Assembly (NCBI GenBank): GCA_051362555.1
Contig: CM120641.1
Coordinates: 38,260,401 to 38,324,400, forward strand
Length of the DNA: 64,000 nt
Source: Lingula anatina
Taxonomy: Eukaryota; Animalia; Brachiopoda
Reading direction: 5' to 3'
The notes under the pieces are model-generated. The model made no database searches and was not told where the DNA came from. It saw nothing but the letters and a program-made list of their open reading frames with translations. Positions 38,901 to 53,097 of this stretch are shown one piece after another. A program made the translations under genes and the position numbers. Numbering within the stretch: the stretch's first letter is position 1; every line of letters starts with the position of its first letter.

Positions 38901-41087
38901 ATAATACAAGTGCTCTAAAGCTCTAGTGCATACGTTTGCAGTGTTTTGGTCGCATCCTCAAAGCGTTGGTACATTGGGGTTCGAAAGAGAAGAAAAGTTG
39001 GTATGCCTCTCAGCGACTCGTTAAGGCAATCAAACGTTGTCTTCAGTGCAGATCTTACTTCTGGGATGCCATTTTGGAAACTGTTAAGTCTGGTGCCATA
39101 ACATATCTCCCCTAAAACTAAAAATGAATAAAGGAAATACAAGATAGTGGCATCAAGTCTTAGAAAACGGTTCTGAGACAAGCTTAAGTACCGGATTATA
39201 TAGAACCTAATGCGGACGTTGCTCAAATTAGAGGAAGAAGAATGTAAAATCTAGTTCTGATCCCTACTCTAGGGTACATTTTATCAGTGAAATACATCTT
39301 AAGGAATCCCAGCATTGGAAAGTGTCTATACTTCCACTGGCGTTAACATTTTTAAAACCTTATTTCTATTTGAAAAAAAAAATGAAATCGATTTGGTGGT
39401 TCAAATTTTCAAATATACTCAAGAAAATGGATTTAAGGGGGCCGTAGCAATAGTCCAAAGATTCAATAGTCCGAAGGTTCATTGGTCCGAATCTTCACCA
39501 TAGAACTTTCAGACCAACGAACCCTTGATTAATAGACTAATGAAAATGATACGATTTTTCGGACCAATGAACCTTCGGACTATCGAGACGCCCCCGATTT
39601 TCAAATAGAAAAAAATGACTTGTACCTTCTAATGAGAGGGAAAATAACTCCGTTTGAATATTTTCTACGTAGCCATCTTTATCTTTGACAGCCTCTAAAT
39701 GATCCAAGAAGTCCTCAACCACGCGGTCTTGAACATATAAAAAATTCGCTCCTGAGGCTGGGTTGAGCATTACCTGTTGCAACTTCCTACGCAAGTCCCA
39801 CCAATGCTGGCCTCGCCTTAACACAGAGAAAAGAGTTGTAATGAATGAGTACTTTAATAAGCAACGTTTCTCAAATCATACATTTTTCTCATACTTTTTG
39901 TCATAGTTTTGTCCAAATATCTTTTCAAATAAGTTCAGCCCATACCTTTCTGCTAAGCTGTCGTCGTTTGTATCCATTCTTCTATGGAGAACATTCAAAA
40001 GCGGTAGCCCCCCGCGATTTGGGTATTTCCCTTCGTTTCTGAGTAAAGTTGCTACATCTGACGGATTGAATAAGTGAACGACGTGAAAGGGCCCGAAGGA
40101 AAAGCGGAAAATGTTACCATAACGACGACGGCATTCGGTAAGTTTTTCTCTTGGGTTTTGAAAACCTGAAATGTCAGCATTTGTCGATCCATATCAAACT
40201 TTTGATTGTTGACAGGTTCACACGGTGCGTCTTGAGAGTATGTTCTGCGAGATCGATCATGTCCACAAATTGCAGATATGAGGACCACTCTCTTTGAGGG
40301 CTGTCTGGTTAAGCTCTGTATTCAGTACACTAACTACGTAGTATGTGTATTCAGTGTTTTTTTTTTTTTTTTTTTATTGCGCATGCCACGGCCAAGTGCC
40401 ATTATAACGAAGGAACTTTACTCTAAATAAGTTCTTTGCTTTTAGACCCCTAAATTTTGATCTTTTTAATAATTTAAGCTTTAACTAAATCCATAGTTGT
40501 CCACTCAAATAATGTAAGTTTTTGTCCGAAACTTCAGCCCTATTCCTGTTGGATAACTACTGATTTATTTTGGTTCAAAATTATGGTCTAAAAATACAGA
40601 CAATTTTTTTATTTTGAAACAGTATTGGGAAGGCTGAAGAAAAGAGGAATCACCTTTCCTTGTAGTCAATGGTGAACAGAGATTAACCATATGCCACATG
40701 GAGGAGGCCCGAAAGAGTCGACCCATCTACAATAGTATTGAATTTGTCCAAGAGTCATCGTGTAAACCGGGCCTAAACCGTTTTAAGGGCAGATTGAGGA
40801 AAATAATATTAAACAGAAAATAAATATGAACTTAATTAAGATATGTTATTTAATCAAATGGCTTTAGCATTGGGCTACTTACTATGATTCACTGCCCAGC
40901 GCAACTGTTCGTTTAAAGTGGGTCCTGGAATTTCCTTGAACATTTTAATTTCAGTCTTATCCTCCACAGAACGCAGCGATCCTATTTTTCTACGGCTAAA
41001 AGTGTTCAAAACTTTAACGCGCGACCAGTAGAAAGCTGCTGACTCTAAAAGATCTCGGTTCTTTTTAAAAATGATTTGCCGTAGCAT
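35949..41087 (-). CDS. Cytochrome P450, mitochondrial clan, 9 exons
   Basis: Exons approximately 41087-40883, 40165-39946, 39816-39626, 39117-38934, 38218-38062, 37886-37720, 37186-37104, 36807-36574, 36056-35949. Basic N-terminal presequence, FKEIPGP, NEGKYPNR, GQHWWDLRRKL, I-helix AGTESTT, K-helix KESFR, PERW, and heme motif PFGHGLRSCIGRRFAE. Confidence 0.92.
37385..37549. mobile_element. hAT5-like MITE (5-bp TSD) in a CYP intron
   Basis: caggggcggattt...ggatccacccctg with ttgta duplicated. Confidence 0.85.
38582..38733. mobile_element. Palindromic MITE with 8-bp TSD in a CYP intron
   Basis: Near-perfect hairpin with flanks ccactagc/caactagc. Confidence 0.85.
39437..39595. mobile_element. 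MITE, sibling of 28522-28696
   Basis: Same termini and tccgaaggttcattggtccga subterminal repeats. Confidence 0.8.
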
Positions 41088-41815
41088 ATTTTATAAAGTT
41101 TCGAAGGTCCAAAGGAAAGCTGCTGAGTCTGTCTGACTGCGAACAAACACCACTTTTTATCAGAAGGATAAAAGTACATCTACCCCCGTAAAATCAAATG
41201 CAAACTAAGTACATTCCACCTTTGGGATACAAAGCATGTTGTACGTGGATTTTCATAAATTGAGGGAAATGCTAGGACGACTATGCCTTTCTCCTTTGTA
41301 GCGGCAATAGAATTAACTAAACAATTTTGGTTCAAAATCAACTTGTCGAAAATCGTTCATCATAGTTAAACCGATTCGTCTTTTATGTTGTACACGCAAA
41401 AGCCACAGAATCTAGAACAGTAAACAAAAATGCATCGACAAAAGATATATTCAGTTACATGATAGTGCTTCTGAGGTCCGCAACTCATTCCTAGACCTCT
41501 AAATAACAATCACCTGACAACAGTAAGGAACTATACACACTTTATGTCATTGAGATTCCTAAAGGCAAAGAAGGCGAAATATAAGCGGGAAGCATTAAAA
41601 CGATCACGTTTTATGGACACACACGTAGGCCTACAGCTAGTGTTTGTTGGCCTACATATATCACCTGCGTCCGTCGTACATCGTCGCCTCCGTGCATTTT
41701 TCACAGTCAACGCAATATACAGGGAAAATCGTGTGATTTATTAGCGTCAAACTTACTTGAGTGATGTATGCGACAATGGTCTACTGCTCAAGTTCGAATA
41801 GTAGCTTTATACTGG

Positions 41816-41849
<34 letters not shown>

Positions 41850-41910
41850 ACGTTACGAATGTAGGCCTAATTTTTTTATTTTCTACTTGTTGATATTTTG
41901 TATTAATGCC

Positions 41911-42016
41911 CATTGTCACCTTTCTCTTTTTCATTGTCACCATTCTCTTTTTCATTGTCTCTTTTCTCTTTTTCATTGTCTCTTTTCTCTTTTTCATTGT
42001 CACCTTTCTCTTTTTC
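41911..42016. repeat. 21-bp minisatellite, about 5 copies
   Basis: cattgtcacctttctcttttt-type unit repeated; preceded by an (ATT)n run at about 41816-41845. Confidence 0.85.
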
Positions 42017-43706
42017 GTATAGGTCTACTTTCAAAGCACGCAGTTTATTAAAGCACTGTCAAAGCACGGGGGGGGGGGGGGGGGGCATGTTTTAAGTGAA
42101 GTACCCATCTTGAGGAATAATCAACTCCCCCTTCCCCCCTTGTACCAATACTGGTCTGCTGCCTTGCCTTAAGAATGCCTTCAGAATGAAACTAATTCGT
42201 GGTAGGGGTTGCGTTTGCGTTAAATTGGCTCTCTGAGACTAAGTAGCAGACCGCGAGACCGCGCAATTCATGCACTGCGTGACGTGCAAGCACTGGTAGC
42301 TAGTAAACAGTAGAGAAAATCCAGTGTTTTACCGGTAACTGGTCGAACTGTAGCAAATTTTGTACGACGTGACATCTAGTGGCATTTCCAGACACCTACT
42401 TTGCCGTCTGCATATCGGGCATGCAGTCGTGCTTTAAGTTAATATGCAACATTGGAATACTTAAATGATTTTGTTTAAAATGTAAATAATAAGCAGTTTT
42501 ATCTAGTGTTTTATCATGATAACCTGTTCAAACAGGGACCGAGAGAGCACGTAAGACTAACTTGTCTCCGCCATGTCTGACATGCAGCCGTTTTACATAC
42601 AAAATATTGAAATACGTTCACATACAACATAACCCAATAAATTTGTATCGGGATCTGTCTAAATATACGCCCGTTGTCGTGTAGTTTTATATATGGGTTG
42701 ATCTATATCATTGTTTCAGTCGTAAGTTTTCAAAATATCATTTATTCAGTTACACAAACGTTATGCCGGACTGCGTTTTGTGTCGTTTGGCGTAGTAATA
42801 TATAACTGTGTGAAGCGGGGGAAATACCTTAGATTAGGATTCTCTCTGAGGTAAAACGCTGTTCCAGTGTCAATTACTGTGATAACATAAACATACTGAA
42901 TTAAAAACTTAGAGTCTACATATGTATTACTGTGTCTGGAGAAAGTTGCAATAATCGATAACAAGTATCTCTACACAGTAAAACGCCAGTTTTACGATCA
43001 AAAAGGTGTTTGAAGTGTCGGTTGTACATACTGTAGACTATTTTTGTTTGAGCAGATTAGACCAGATATAGACTCTAGATCTACTATTTTGCACAGGGTT
43101 AATAGGGAAAAGTAGAAAAAAATTTTTTTCTCGATTATTTGTGTGGACTTATGATCACAATGCAAATAAATAAAAAATAAATAAATAAATAGGCTCAAAA
43201 TGTCGCCCTAAAAATGTTAACTTCATCGGTATGTCATCAGACCTAACCTCTGCAGAATCTTGCTGTCACTTAAGACAGACTCCTATGGGTGAAAAGATAA
43301 TAAATCTGGTACACTTGAAACTATCATTCTGCTTAGACTAATTTAACTCTGCAAGTACTCTTGCTGAATACAATCAGATTAACAGATAAACACACCTCCG
43401 CTTGGTATTGAGTAGAATACAGAAAAGCTGCTGATTATGAGTATGTTGGGAATGAGGAGACATACTTATCTGATGGCCTTCAGTGAGAGTCCCTACACAG
43501 TTGGATCGATCTATGTAGAATGATAGTTTCATTGAGAATCAGCCCTAAATCTTGTTTTAACCCTCACATTTTGTTTGATGATTATGGGATGTAACAAGAA
43601 GCTACAGCTATACATTGAACCTGCGTTAAATGCTATTTTAGTAAATAACTATAATTCTACGTAAATCTTTCAGATTCATACAAAGAACTTGAACCTTATC
43701 AGGCTA

Positions 43707-44276
43707 ATGGCGCAAATAAGGGACACCATTGAACTTCTTACTAAGGTGCTAAAGGACAATGGAACACACAACCTAAAAGCTGAAACGTTTCGACTGGCCA
43801 AATTTGATAATGATGATGCTGTAAGTAGACCAAATAAACCATCTTTAGCAATTCTATAATTTCTATTAAACTTTTTATATTCTAATAAGTGCTTAAGACA
43901 GAACAATTGCCAATAATGTCTGTAGTCTTTGTAGTGAAGTGGTTGCTTTTCTTAGCCTGCATTTTTTTTTTTATAACATATTCTATTGATGTGATGCTGT
44001 TTACTGTGCATTATAGTAAGGATAAATGTGTTAAGGTGTATTTGGATATGAGTATATAATGGTCAAATACTGGCTTTAATTCATTTTGCCTACCTACTGT
44101 TGTATTTTTACAGGTGAGTTCCTTTTGGCGGTTGCTGTTTGAGCTCATATATTTCCTGAGGTATGGCATCATTGATGATGTGTGTGTCAAAGCTTTTTCT
44201 GACCTCACCAAAGGTAAGATACAAAGCGAAGTCTGCATGGACATTTTATATTTGTCATGCTTAATCAATTAAATGG

Positions 44277-44337
<61 letters not shown>

Positions 44338-47300
44338 CAATTGCTGCTTCTAAATTACACGGATGAGACTTTTCCGACTTTTGTCGGAATTCTGACTTGT
44401 TCATGGTCATTTGGGTCATTCTGGTGAATCGTGTACCCAGGACCCCAGGCCAATTTTCATACTTTTTCAGTGAGGACTGGTCTCATCCCTATATTTAGCA
44501 TAACTGTAGAAAAATATTTAATGCTCTATGCAGATTAACATTTTGGTTTGTTCTTGAACATTAATGTAACTGTCCGAAAAGTTAAATATTTGTTCTTAAT
44601 AGTCAGGCTGGTGAGTCTTACATGTAAACTTAAATTTCAGAGGAACTAGTTGTATTTGTGAAGAGGGAAATGCAACAGCAAGGTTTCACCTCAGTTGATT
44701 TCAATCTGCTTCCTGCCGACATGTCCACAGGCAGCCGTGACCTCTTGCTGGCTTTTGGTTGGTTGATGTGCAAGGAGGGGATCATTGACAAGTTCATGGA
44801 GAGCTGTGCCTCACCCCTAGCTGAAGATACAATAGGGCTGTACATGGTTAGTGTATGGTGCCATAATATATATGCATGGGGATGTTATGAAACAGACACT
44901 TTATACTTTGAAGAAAGAACTTTTTATGCTGATAGAGAAAAGTAAAAGGTTTTACAGAATGTGTCAATATAGATTGTAATGGGATATGCATGGTAGGTGA
45001 TAGTTGTCTCAGAGAAGTATATAGTTTTAAGTAGTTCTTGTCAGGTTATGTATACAATTGCAACAACAAATCTTTTATTTTTTATAGGAGGAACTTGGAG
45101 ATGGGGTGCCAGATGTGCTGGATGACTCTCATCTGTCTCCCAGATCTAGAACAGACCCTGTTCGAAAAGTGAAACAGTTGCTATGGTTGAACGGAAAATT
45201 AAGACTTAGTCTTCGCAATCTATATGCTCTTCAAAGGGAGAGAGCAAAATTAATGCATAAGGTTTGTATTTATTGATTTTGCAGAAACTTTCCTAATATT
45301 TTCATTGGAAAATTTATAATGTAATGTGAATATGGATGTCATACTGCAGTCTGGAATTCATCATATGTGATATCTGATATCTATCTTTCTTAAATATGTG
45401 CTATTCTGCTGGGTGTTAGAAGAGGTTACATGATAGCTGTTGTATTGAATTCATGAAATTCAATTGACACTTTTTTCAGGTCCTCCGAAATTTGCTTTTA
45501 CTCAGTTTCTCAAGTTTTAACCTCAAAAATACCCAATGATAGTCAGTGAAAACCCCACTTATTTTTGCCTTTTCTCTAATTAAGGCAACTAAGTTAACTT
45601 TCTTCCCTTTACTTCAATTCACATAAAATGTTATTTTTAGCAAATGATTTCACTGAACCATTGGACATTCATACAGGCCATCTGAAAAAAGGTTGTTTAT
45701 GAACGTTACATTTTGAAATTGCCCCTTCCAATAATGCCTTACTGTATTATCTCTCAGCTCCATCAGTCTACCAATGGCATATCCTTGGATCCTGAGAAGA
45801 ATCATCTTTCCATGCTGGAAGTTTACATGCTGAGACACCCAGAACTTTTGAAAAAGGTGAGTCCACACACTGCAGTTGTTTTTACACTTAAAAGAGATAC
45901 ATTAACACCGTAAATAATGTGATTTAATATTTAACACTAATTGCATGTAGTATTAATAATACTATTATAAACTTTCTACTTCAACTTTAGTCTTGTTAAC
46001 ACTGAAGACTTGCTAGTGAGTATGTCCTGTTTAGTTTGATCATATTTTTGATTACCATACATATATGTAGCAGAACTAGACAGTTTTGCTCTTTTTAACT
46101 CATGTGGAATAAGTTTGCTTACCGGGATGTACTTGTTAAGTACTCACTGACATTTTTTCCTTCCAGAATCTCCAGCTTTTAGAAAAGGACAACATCAGGT
46201 TACAGAATTTGTTAGAGTGGAAAAGCAAGGAAGACATATTTTGGAAGTGGATGGTAATGAATCCATATATGATTCTTAAAAGATAAAATTAGGGGCAGAT
46301 CCAGATAAGGTGGCAGGTTCAAACCAATTATATATTAAATATAATAATATAAATAAAAATGATATTTAATAAATATATTACACAATACACATATTGTGTA
46401 ATTCAAAATTACCCATGATACTATTAAGAATGTGGACTTAAGATGAAAGGTGTGTTTTATGGTTTGAGGTTGGGCTGGTAGACCCCAGGATTATGTGCCC
46501 TGTATCTGTCCCTTTGGGAACACCATCAGTGATTTTCTGCCATATCTTTAAACCAAAAATTGCATACATTGTTCTGTATATTCAGCTTTTGATTTTATGT
46601 GTTCAAGACTTAAGTGTGGTTTTCTTATAATACCATGTCCATTTCAGGAAAGTGTGTTGGATGCCAAAATCCAGGCATATGAGATGGCTGCCCAGTCTGA
46701 ATTGTACAGACAGGAACAAGGCCATGCGCTGTCCCAAATGACCTTAGATAAAAAAGAAATGCTGCAGAAATCACATGATAGACTCAGAGACAACATTATT
46801 CAGTATGAAGCTAAACTTGATGAATTAGAAAGACTATGGAATTCAAAGGTAAAAGCTGTTCTTTGAATCCACAGTAGCTGCCTTGCCCATTTTTTTATCT
46901 TTTGTTTAAGGGTGCTTATCAAATGCAACTTGAGTGGATTTTATTATTTATGTGTACATGTTTTAAAAGTACTGACACTTATTGCTCGCTGCTTTATTGT
47001 CTCACTGTCTTCCATTTGTCAGCTGACAGTGCAGTACACTTGGGTGTAACCAAATGAATCTTTTGTTACACAATTGGTAATGGTAGTTGACTCTTGTATT
47101 TTGGGACTCATAAATTTTGTAATTGACACATCATTCGTTATGATTTCCAAAGGCAATTAATTTAGTCATAAACAGGGCCAAGAAGAGTACTTCTTTCTGA
47201 TAAATCTTTAAAAAGCCCTACCATATTGAAAATGTGGATAGATTGACATATTTCCTAAAATGGTTATTTTTTTAACTTAGCTCAGTATAATTTCAAATGG

Positions 47301-48169
47301 ATTTTTGACTTAGAGGTAAGGCTTTCCCCAGAGAGCCTTCCAGCTGAATGAAAATGCTCTTTTGCCATGAACTTATCACCAAATTTTATCACTCCTGTGA
47401 AATATTTAGATGGGCCATCTCCTGTCTTTGTTAGTCTCTGAGTGACACATATGGTGGTGTTTCTCAAAGCCTTGACTATAGGGATCCCCCCCCCCCTTAA
47501 TGACATGACTGTGGCATTAAGAGGTTATTATATAGGTGTGGGAGAGTGTATCTGCCTTAGTCTCTGGTAAGATTGTTTGGGGCTTTTTCTGATCCAGTCA
47601 CTTTCTTTCTGTAGAATCTTTGCACTCTCCCAGTCCATGATGCGGTTTTCCTGACTTGTATGGTCCGTGATGGCTGATGACCACCTTTCTTGTTTGGGGT
47701 TGTTTCATTTGTGAATTTTGAATTGTTGTATTATATAATCACATTGATCTTATCCTTGATTTACTTTCAGAAGTCAAACTTAAGTCAGGAGGAGGTAGAC
47801 AATCTGCTAGCTGCTATAGACTTGGACATATCATTGCGGAAAGTCAGCCTAGCCTTAGGTGATCAGCCTGCTGCTGCTGGCTCTAGCACTTCACCTTTGA
47901 GACTGCCACCCAAAGAATATCAGTATACCTATGTTAAAAAACCTAGTAACCAGGATCAAACTTCTCAAACTCCATCAATGAATGACCCAAATCAAAGAAA
48001 GAGCTTAAGGGATGAGAATAAAATGTTGAGTGATCTGAAGATGAAACTGAAAGAAGAGATAAATTCCAAACAGGACATGTATAGGGACCAGATGAACAGT
48101 TTGGCAAATCATTTCGAAGATGTTGTTTGCATTCCAAAGAGAGTTAATGCAGTTGGGAATAGAAATTAG
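43707..48169 (+). CDS. TEDC1: Tubulin epsilon and delta complex protein 1 (C14orf80/DUF4509 family), 8 coding exons
   Basis: Exons approximately 43707-43820, 44114-44213, 44641-44846, 45089-45261, 45758-45856, 46167-46253, 46648-46848, 47771-48169. ETFRLAKFD..A.SSFWRLLF and LPADMSTGSRDLLLAFGWL match human TEDC1 EIFRRAKFD...LWQLLF and LPEDGSQGSRELLLALSWL; also FWKWM|ESVL and a coiled-coil C-terminus. Confidence 0.88.
44280..44333. repeat. (TA)n microsatellite
   Basis: Direct inspection. Confidence 0.95.
47525..47690 (-). mobile_element. Degraded Penelope-like GIY-YIG fragment in a TEDC1 intron
   Basis: Minus strand reads SAITDHTSQENRIMDWESAKILQKESDW...RD*GRYTLPHLY, typical of Poseidon-type PLE endonuclease tails. 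Confidence 0.6.
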
Positions 48170-48788
48170 TCTTGTGTTTCTGTTATCATGATATTTTGAG
48201 TGTGTGCTTATAGAGACATTAATAGAATATTGATCTGTATTAATTTATGAATATTAAAACTAATGAAGACCTGTGCAGTGTATGTATTGTGCCACTACAT
48301 ACAAGAACTACATTGTATTCCCTACATGTTGGTAATGTCAAATTGCTGGACATTTTGGTACAAAGGATTGAATGACATACACTAAGTAAGTTTTGTGTAA
48401 TCCTCTGTCACCTCAATTATTATTGACTGGTCTTCAATCTGAACACTTTATTTTTGTCAGAAGAAGAATTATTGGAAGAGTTTAAATGTAATTGTGTTAG
48501 CATTTCTTGTATAAAAACAAAGATCGACAGAGTTCGAATTAAAACATGACAAATGATATCCGACTACAACACAATTATTAGACGTTTGCAATCCTTATAA
48601 TAAATTACAAAGAAATATTTTTAGGCAGCCTGTCGTTTTGAATTTTAAGATTTAGTCCATAAAGGTTACTTGATGGTTAATCACAAACATGGGTTTGGCT
48701 AAATGGAAATAACAGAGCTAATTGTGTTAGTTGCGCCACTGATAATGCGTTCGCTATCTCAACCACTCGTTTCAGCTTGGTCGCGTGG

Positions 48789-48800
48789 AAAATGGCGGAC
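48789..48800 (+). promoter_or_regulatory. YY1-like motif upstream of the integrase-derived gene
   Basis: AAAATGGCGGAC about 70 bp before the ATG at 48862, in a CpG-enriched patch. Confidence 0.45.
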
Positions 48801-48861
48801 TGTAAATCCTAGTCAGAATTTCGGTACAATTATTAGCTCATTTTACTGTTAAGCGTGCACC

Positions 48862-51800
48862 ATGGCCGACATAGATTACAACCTTGTGATCAAGTACCTA
48901 AAGGACAAGACGTATCCAGTATTTCTAGATCGCTCTGGTCGAAGAAACGTGCGTAAGCGTGCTGAAGATCTGCACCTTGTTGATGGAGTCCTTATGTACA
49001 CTCGGAACTGGGCGCGAATGAGTCCTGAGGAACGAGCGGCAAGCAAAGCTAGAAAAGTTTTGATAACTGTAGAAGAGAAAAGAGAAGCTCTTCTAGAGTG
49101 CCACATAGATCCTAATGGTGAGGCTTTGGTAACATATCTCTATAAAATGTGCAGCCCGAGTGATCCTTGTTCAGTACTTGGATCTACTTTTCTTATTATA
49201 TACATGTAGTATGTTATCATTAGCCCACGCAAATTATAATACCACTGGCAGTAATACTGATTCTTAGATACGCGCTTGGTTGTTGAATCTAAAAACCACG
49301 TAAAATTACGTTATAATAGGACACTAGTCCTCCATAATGCCAAAATTCCAATTGAAAGTTATTAAGCATTTTTCACGAATTCAATAAAATCTCCATATAT
49401 AAACCCCCAGATAACAGATAGTACTAGCGCAACTGATGGGCCACTAGTGGCATGTTATCTGGCCCTTATATGTACTCCTCGTAATTTCATTTAATATATG
49501 GAGACACACCCTCCACTCCTACAGTCCATTTAACCCAAGGTCCATTGTGGAGATATTGGATCCTTTAGATCTAGCAATATAGCAGTGATTCTTCATCATC
49601 CATTTGTGTAAATTAACAGATATTTTTGATTGGCATTCCAGGAGTCCACTCTGGCATAGATCGAACAGTAAAGGAGCTTAACAGTCATTATTATTGGAAG
49701 GGGATGTGGGGGGATTGTAAACGCTTCATACGGCTATGCATGCACTGCCAGACTAGCAGAGATGGAGGGGCAGGTCAGAATACAGTTGTAGACGACAATG
49801 AGCACGATGTATTCCCAGCAGATGATAGAGTTTCTCCAGCATCTCGCTGTTGGCAGAAGGTATATTGTAGTTGTTTTTTTTACAACATTTTGCGTTTGAG
49901 AAGTGAAAGATTGCCATTGTATAAGAGCTAAAGAAACATTCAAGTCATATAGATTAATTTGGAAACAACCATTTGGTTTTGTATATGATCAACTGTAGTG
50001 TGTTAAATTGCTAAACTTAGTTTCAGGTGCCATTAGAATTATGATCATTTGAAAGTTTACTATTCAGAATTTTTGGGGGATTCAAAATTATATGGAAAAT
50101 TTGCAAAGTTTTTAAATGAAAAGTTGAAGGAAGGGTTCATTTGCTGAAGTTGCATCTGAAGTTGCATTACTCTAAAGGTTGATGAATTAATGGTTCATCA
50201 GATTCTGGCCATATCCAGGAAAAACAGGTTATTCCCACCAGCAATATTTTTGATACAAATTTTTTTTTATAAAAGGGTCATGCCAAAGAAGGCTTGCATA
50301 AGTGTTATTTTGGACCATTAAAGCTTGGGGTTATTTGAAACTTTAAAAAGCATCAATTTGAAGAATACCATAAATTTAAGGTGTGCCTATTATCTCTCTT
50401 ACTGAAGTTTTAAACATGATATCGCTATATGCATGTGTTAAGTATAATGTATTTTGTGTCTTGTTCTTAAGGTGAAATTTGACTTCCTTGGACCTTTCAC
50501 CAGGAGTAGCAAAGGAAGCTGCTACATTCTTGTTTGTGTAGATAAGTTCTCCATGTGGACAGAGGCTGCTGGGGTCCAAGCTAAATCTCCAGCTGCTGTT
50601 GCACTCTTCCTGCTCAAATATATTGCAAGGTATGTTTTCATACAGATGTTACAAGGGAAAAGTGAAAAAAAATGAAAAGAGCCAAAAAATCAATTCTAAA
50701 GTGCTGTACCTATTGACTGACTATCCTCTTCATGCCGATGTGGCACATTCCCACGTCCATCCTTGCGGTTTCATCTCCTTCTCAACAAAACGTCTTCATG
50801 TTTCTGTAGGTCTTCTTCTGTGTCTTTTCCCTTCTGGTGCCCATCCTAATGCTACTTTTGGAATTTCTGTTTTCTCCCTCCTGGTCACATGCCCAATCCA
50901 TCTCCATCGTCGCCTTTTTATTGCTGTTGCAATTTAAGTACCTATTGAAGTTCTGCAAAAACATAATTTTGGTGATACTCCGCTACCATACATCTGTCCA
51001 GAACATTTGATGCTTCTTGTTGCTAAAGATTTCCCCTTGTTAAAGATTTGCTTCCTTAGTATGCTCTTCCTTTAGCTAAAATGAAGTGAATGGATATATG
51101 AATTTTTCTTTAACTATAATTTTTTTGCAATATTTTGGCAGGGCTCCAGGTTTTCTTTTAAAAAGAAATTAAAAAAAGAAGAAAACTTAGAGTATTTTCT
51201 TGATGTTCTAGATTTGGTATGATGGAGTGCCTTGAGACGTCTGAGGGTCAAACATTCTGTTCCCAAGTGTCTCACAGGTTACAGCAGTTTATAGGGGATC
51301 CCAGGTACAAGATAGACATAGGGGAACCATCCCAGGAGGGCAAAGGTATGCATTTATGCAGTGCCATTTTAAAGAGATTTTCCAGAGACTTTTTTTGTCA
51401 ATAACTGACAACGAGAATGTTTCTGTTCATCAGTAGTTGCAACCAGTCTATGAAATGCGTCAAAACACATTCCAAGAAAGCTTTTAATATACGTTCAAGT
51501 GCTTTTCTGACCAAACGATCATCATACAACTGTTATTCATTATCCATATTATCCATTATGTCTTTGAGCAATTAAATGTTCATGTTCTGCGTACTGTTTT
51601 TTAAAGCTATTGTTTGTCAATTTTTACAGGGACAATCTCAGCCATTCATGATGCATTAAGAAAGCTTGTAACCAGCAGTCCATTTGCTTGGGACCAACAT
51701 CTTGACCTGGCACTTTTACCACACAGAATCTCCAGATCTCTCCAAACAGAATATTCCCCATTCTATTTACTGTATGGAAGGTAGGAAAACCAGTCTTTGA

Positions 51801-53064
51801 AGGGCAATATGTGTTATTTTTAAAAATTGATCTAAATGAGACTGGATTTCGGAGTGTTTAAATAACGGTGCTGAATTCCATTATAAATGTGACAAGTTTT
51901 GGATGATAAAATGATTTATTTCTTGACCAAAATAATTTGAACAAACATTAATCCTGCATATGTAATTTTTTATGTTACTTGTTTCAACATAAGCATCCAA
52001 ACAAGGCACATTTTATTTTCAAGCCAGCAAATGCAATATATATATGCCACAGCTCTCCATCAGATGCTATGTGTCCAATGACGTAATTTGGTTCTTGCAA
52101 ATGAGGAAAAAAAATTAAATCAAAATCTTATCTAAAAGAAAAACGTACCCATCCCTTCTTTTGTGCCATTATGATTTACCGTGCCCAATAACATGTTGTT
52201 TGTGCTAAGAATGCCAGACATGGCAAAAATGTCAGTCCTACTTGTCACGACCAATTAAAATACTGTCAGATTGATAAAATGAAAATAGTGAGCTATCGGT
52301 CTTTTGGGCTAACAAGGGTTTCCTGACAAGTATTAAACTAAATCTAAATAATTTTGACTCGAGATTATGTTAAAATTCTTACTGGTGAATTGTAAGAAAA
52401 AAGCTGCCTCTTGTTATTTCCCCCTTTTTTATCCCTTTTCTTTTGCCTTTTTCTAATTGCATTCACAGTCATTGTTCATTCACATTGCCTCACAGGCAGC
52501 CTGAGTGTATTCTTTTGCTGCCAAGCAATATCTCGTGCTATAGTAATATATTTATGACTCCAGATCTCCCATCCAGAGAAATTAACAGAGATAAATCAGT
52601 TAGTTGATCACTGGAAAACAGACTTTCAAATTAGTCGTTGTATTACTTGCTGGAGATGTAACCTAGACCTGGTGTCCCCTGTGATAACAGTATGATATGT
52701 ACATGTGTATTTTAACTAGTTTATAAGGTACACCTTTGTGACATTCTTGCAATTTTATACATCTGTGCAAGTCCCAGATAACAGTGATTGCAATAGGTTG
52801 ATTGTCACAGCTAGATTTCCTTTTTAATGTTATTTATTGTTTACAATGAAAAGCGCATGGTAAAAACTCTCTGTACATAAAAAGATGGGAGCACCCCTCC
52901 ACCTGAGATGGCAGTTAACAGCGTTATTGTGCAATGTCCGCATGGCTTCATGATTTCCAGTCTTTTCAATATTCCCATTGCTGAATTAAACCTTAATCTC
53001 CGTTTTGTAGTTTTATTAGACGGTTTAGACCGGTGTCATAGATATCCTGTTTCACCTTTTTAAA

Positions 53065-53097
<33 letters not shown>

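Noticed and set aside
41788-42095. Repetitive MKKRKET and SPFSFSL ORFs
   Set aside because: Translations of a 21-bp minisatellite.
47395-47440. Possible second hammerhead remnant after the intronic PLE fragment
   Set aside because: The core CUGANGA and GAAA boxes are too degenerate to support the call.
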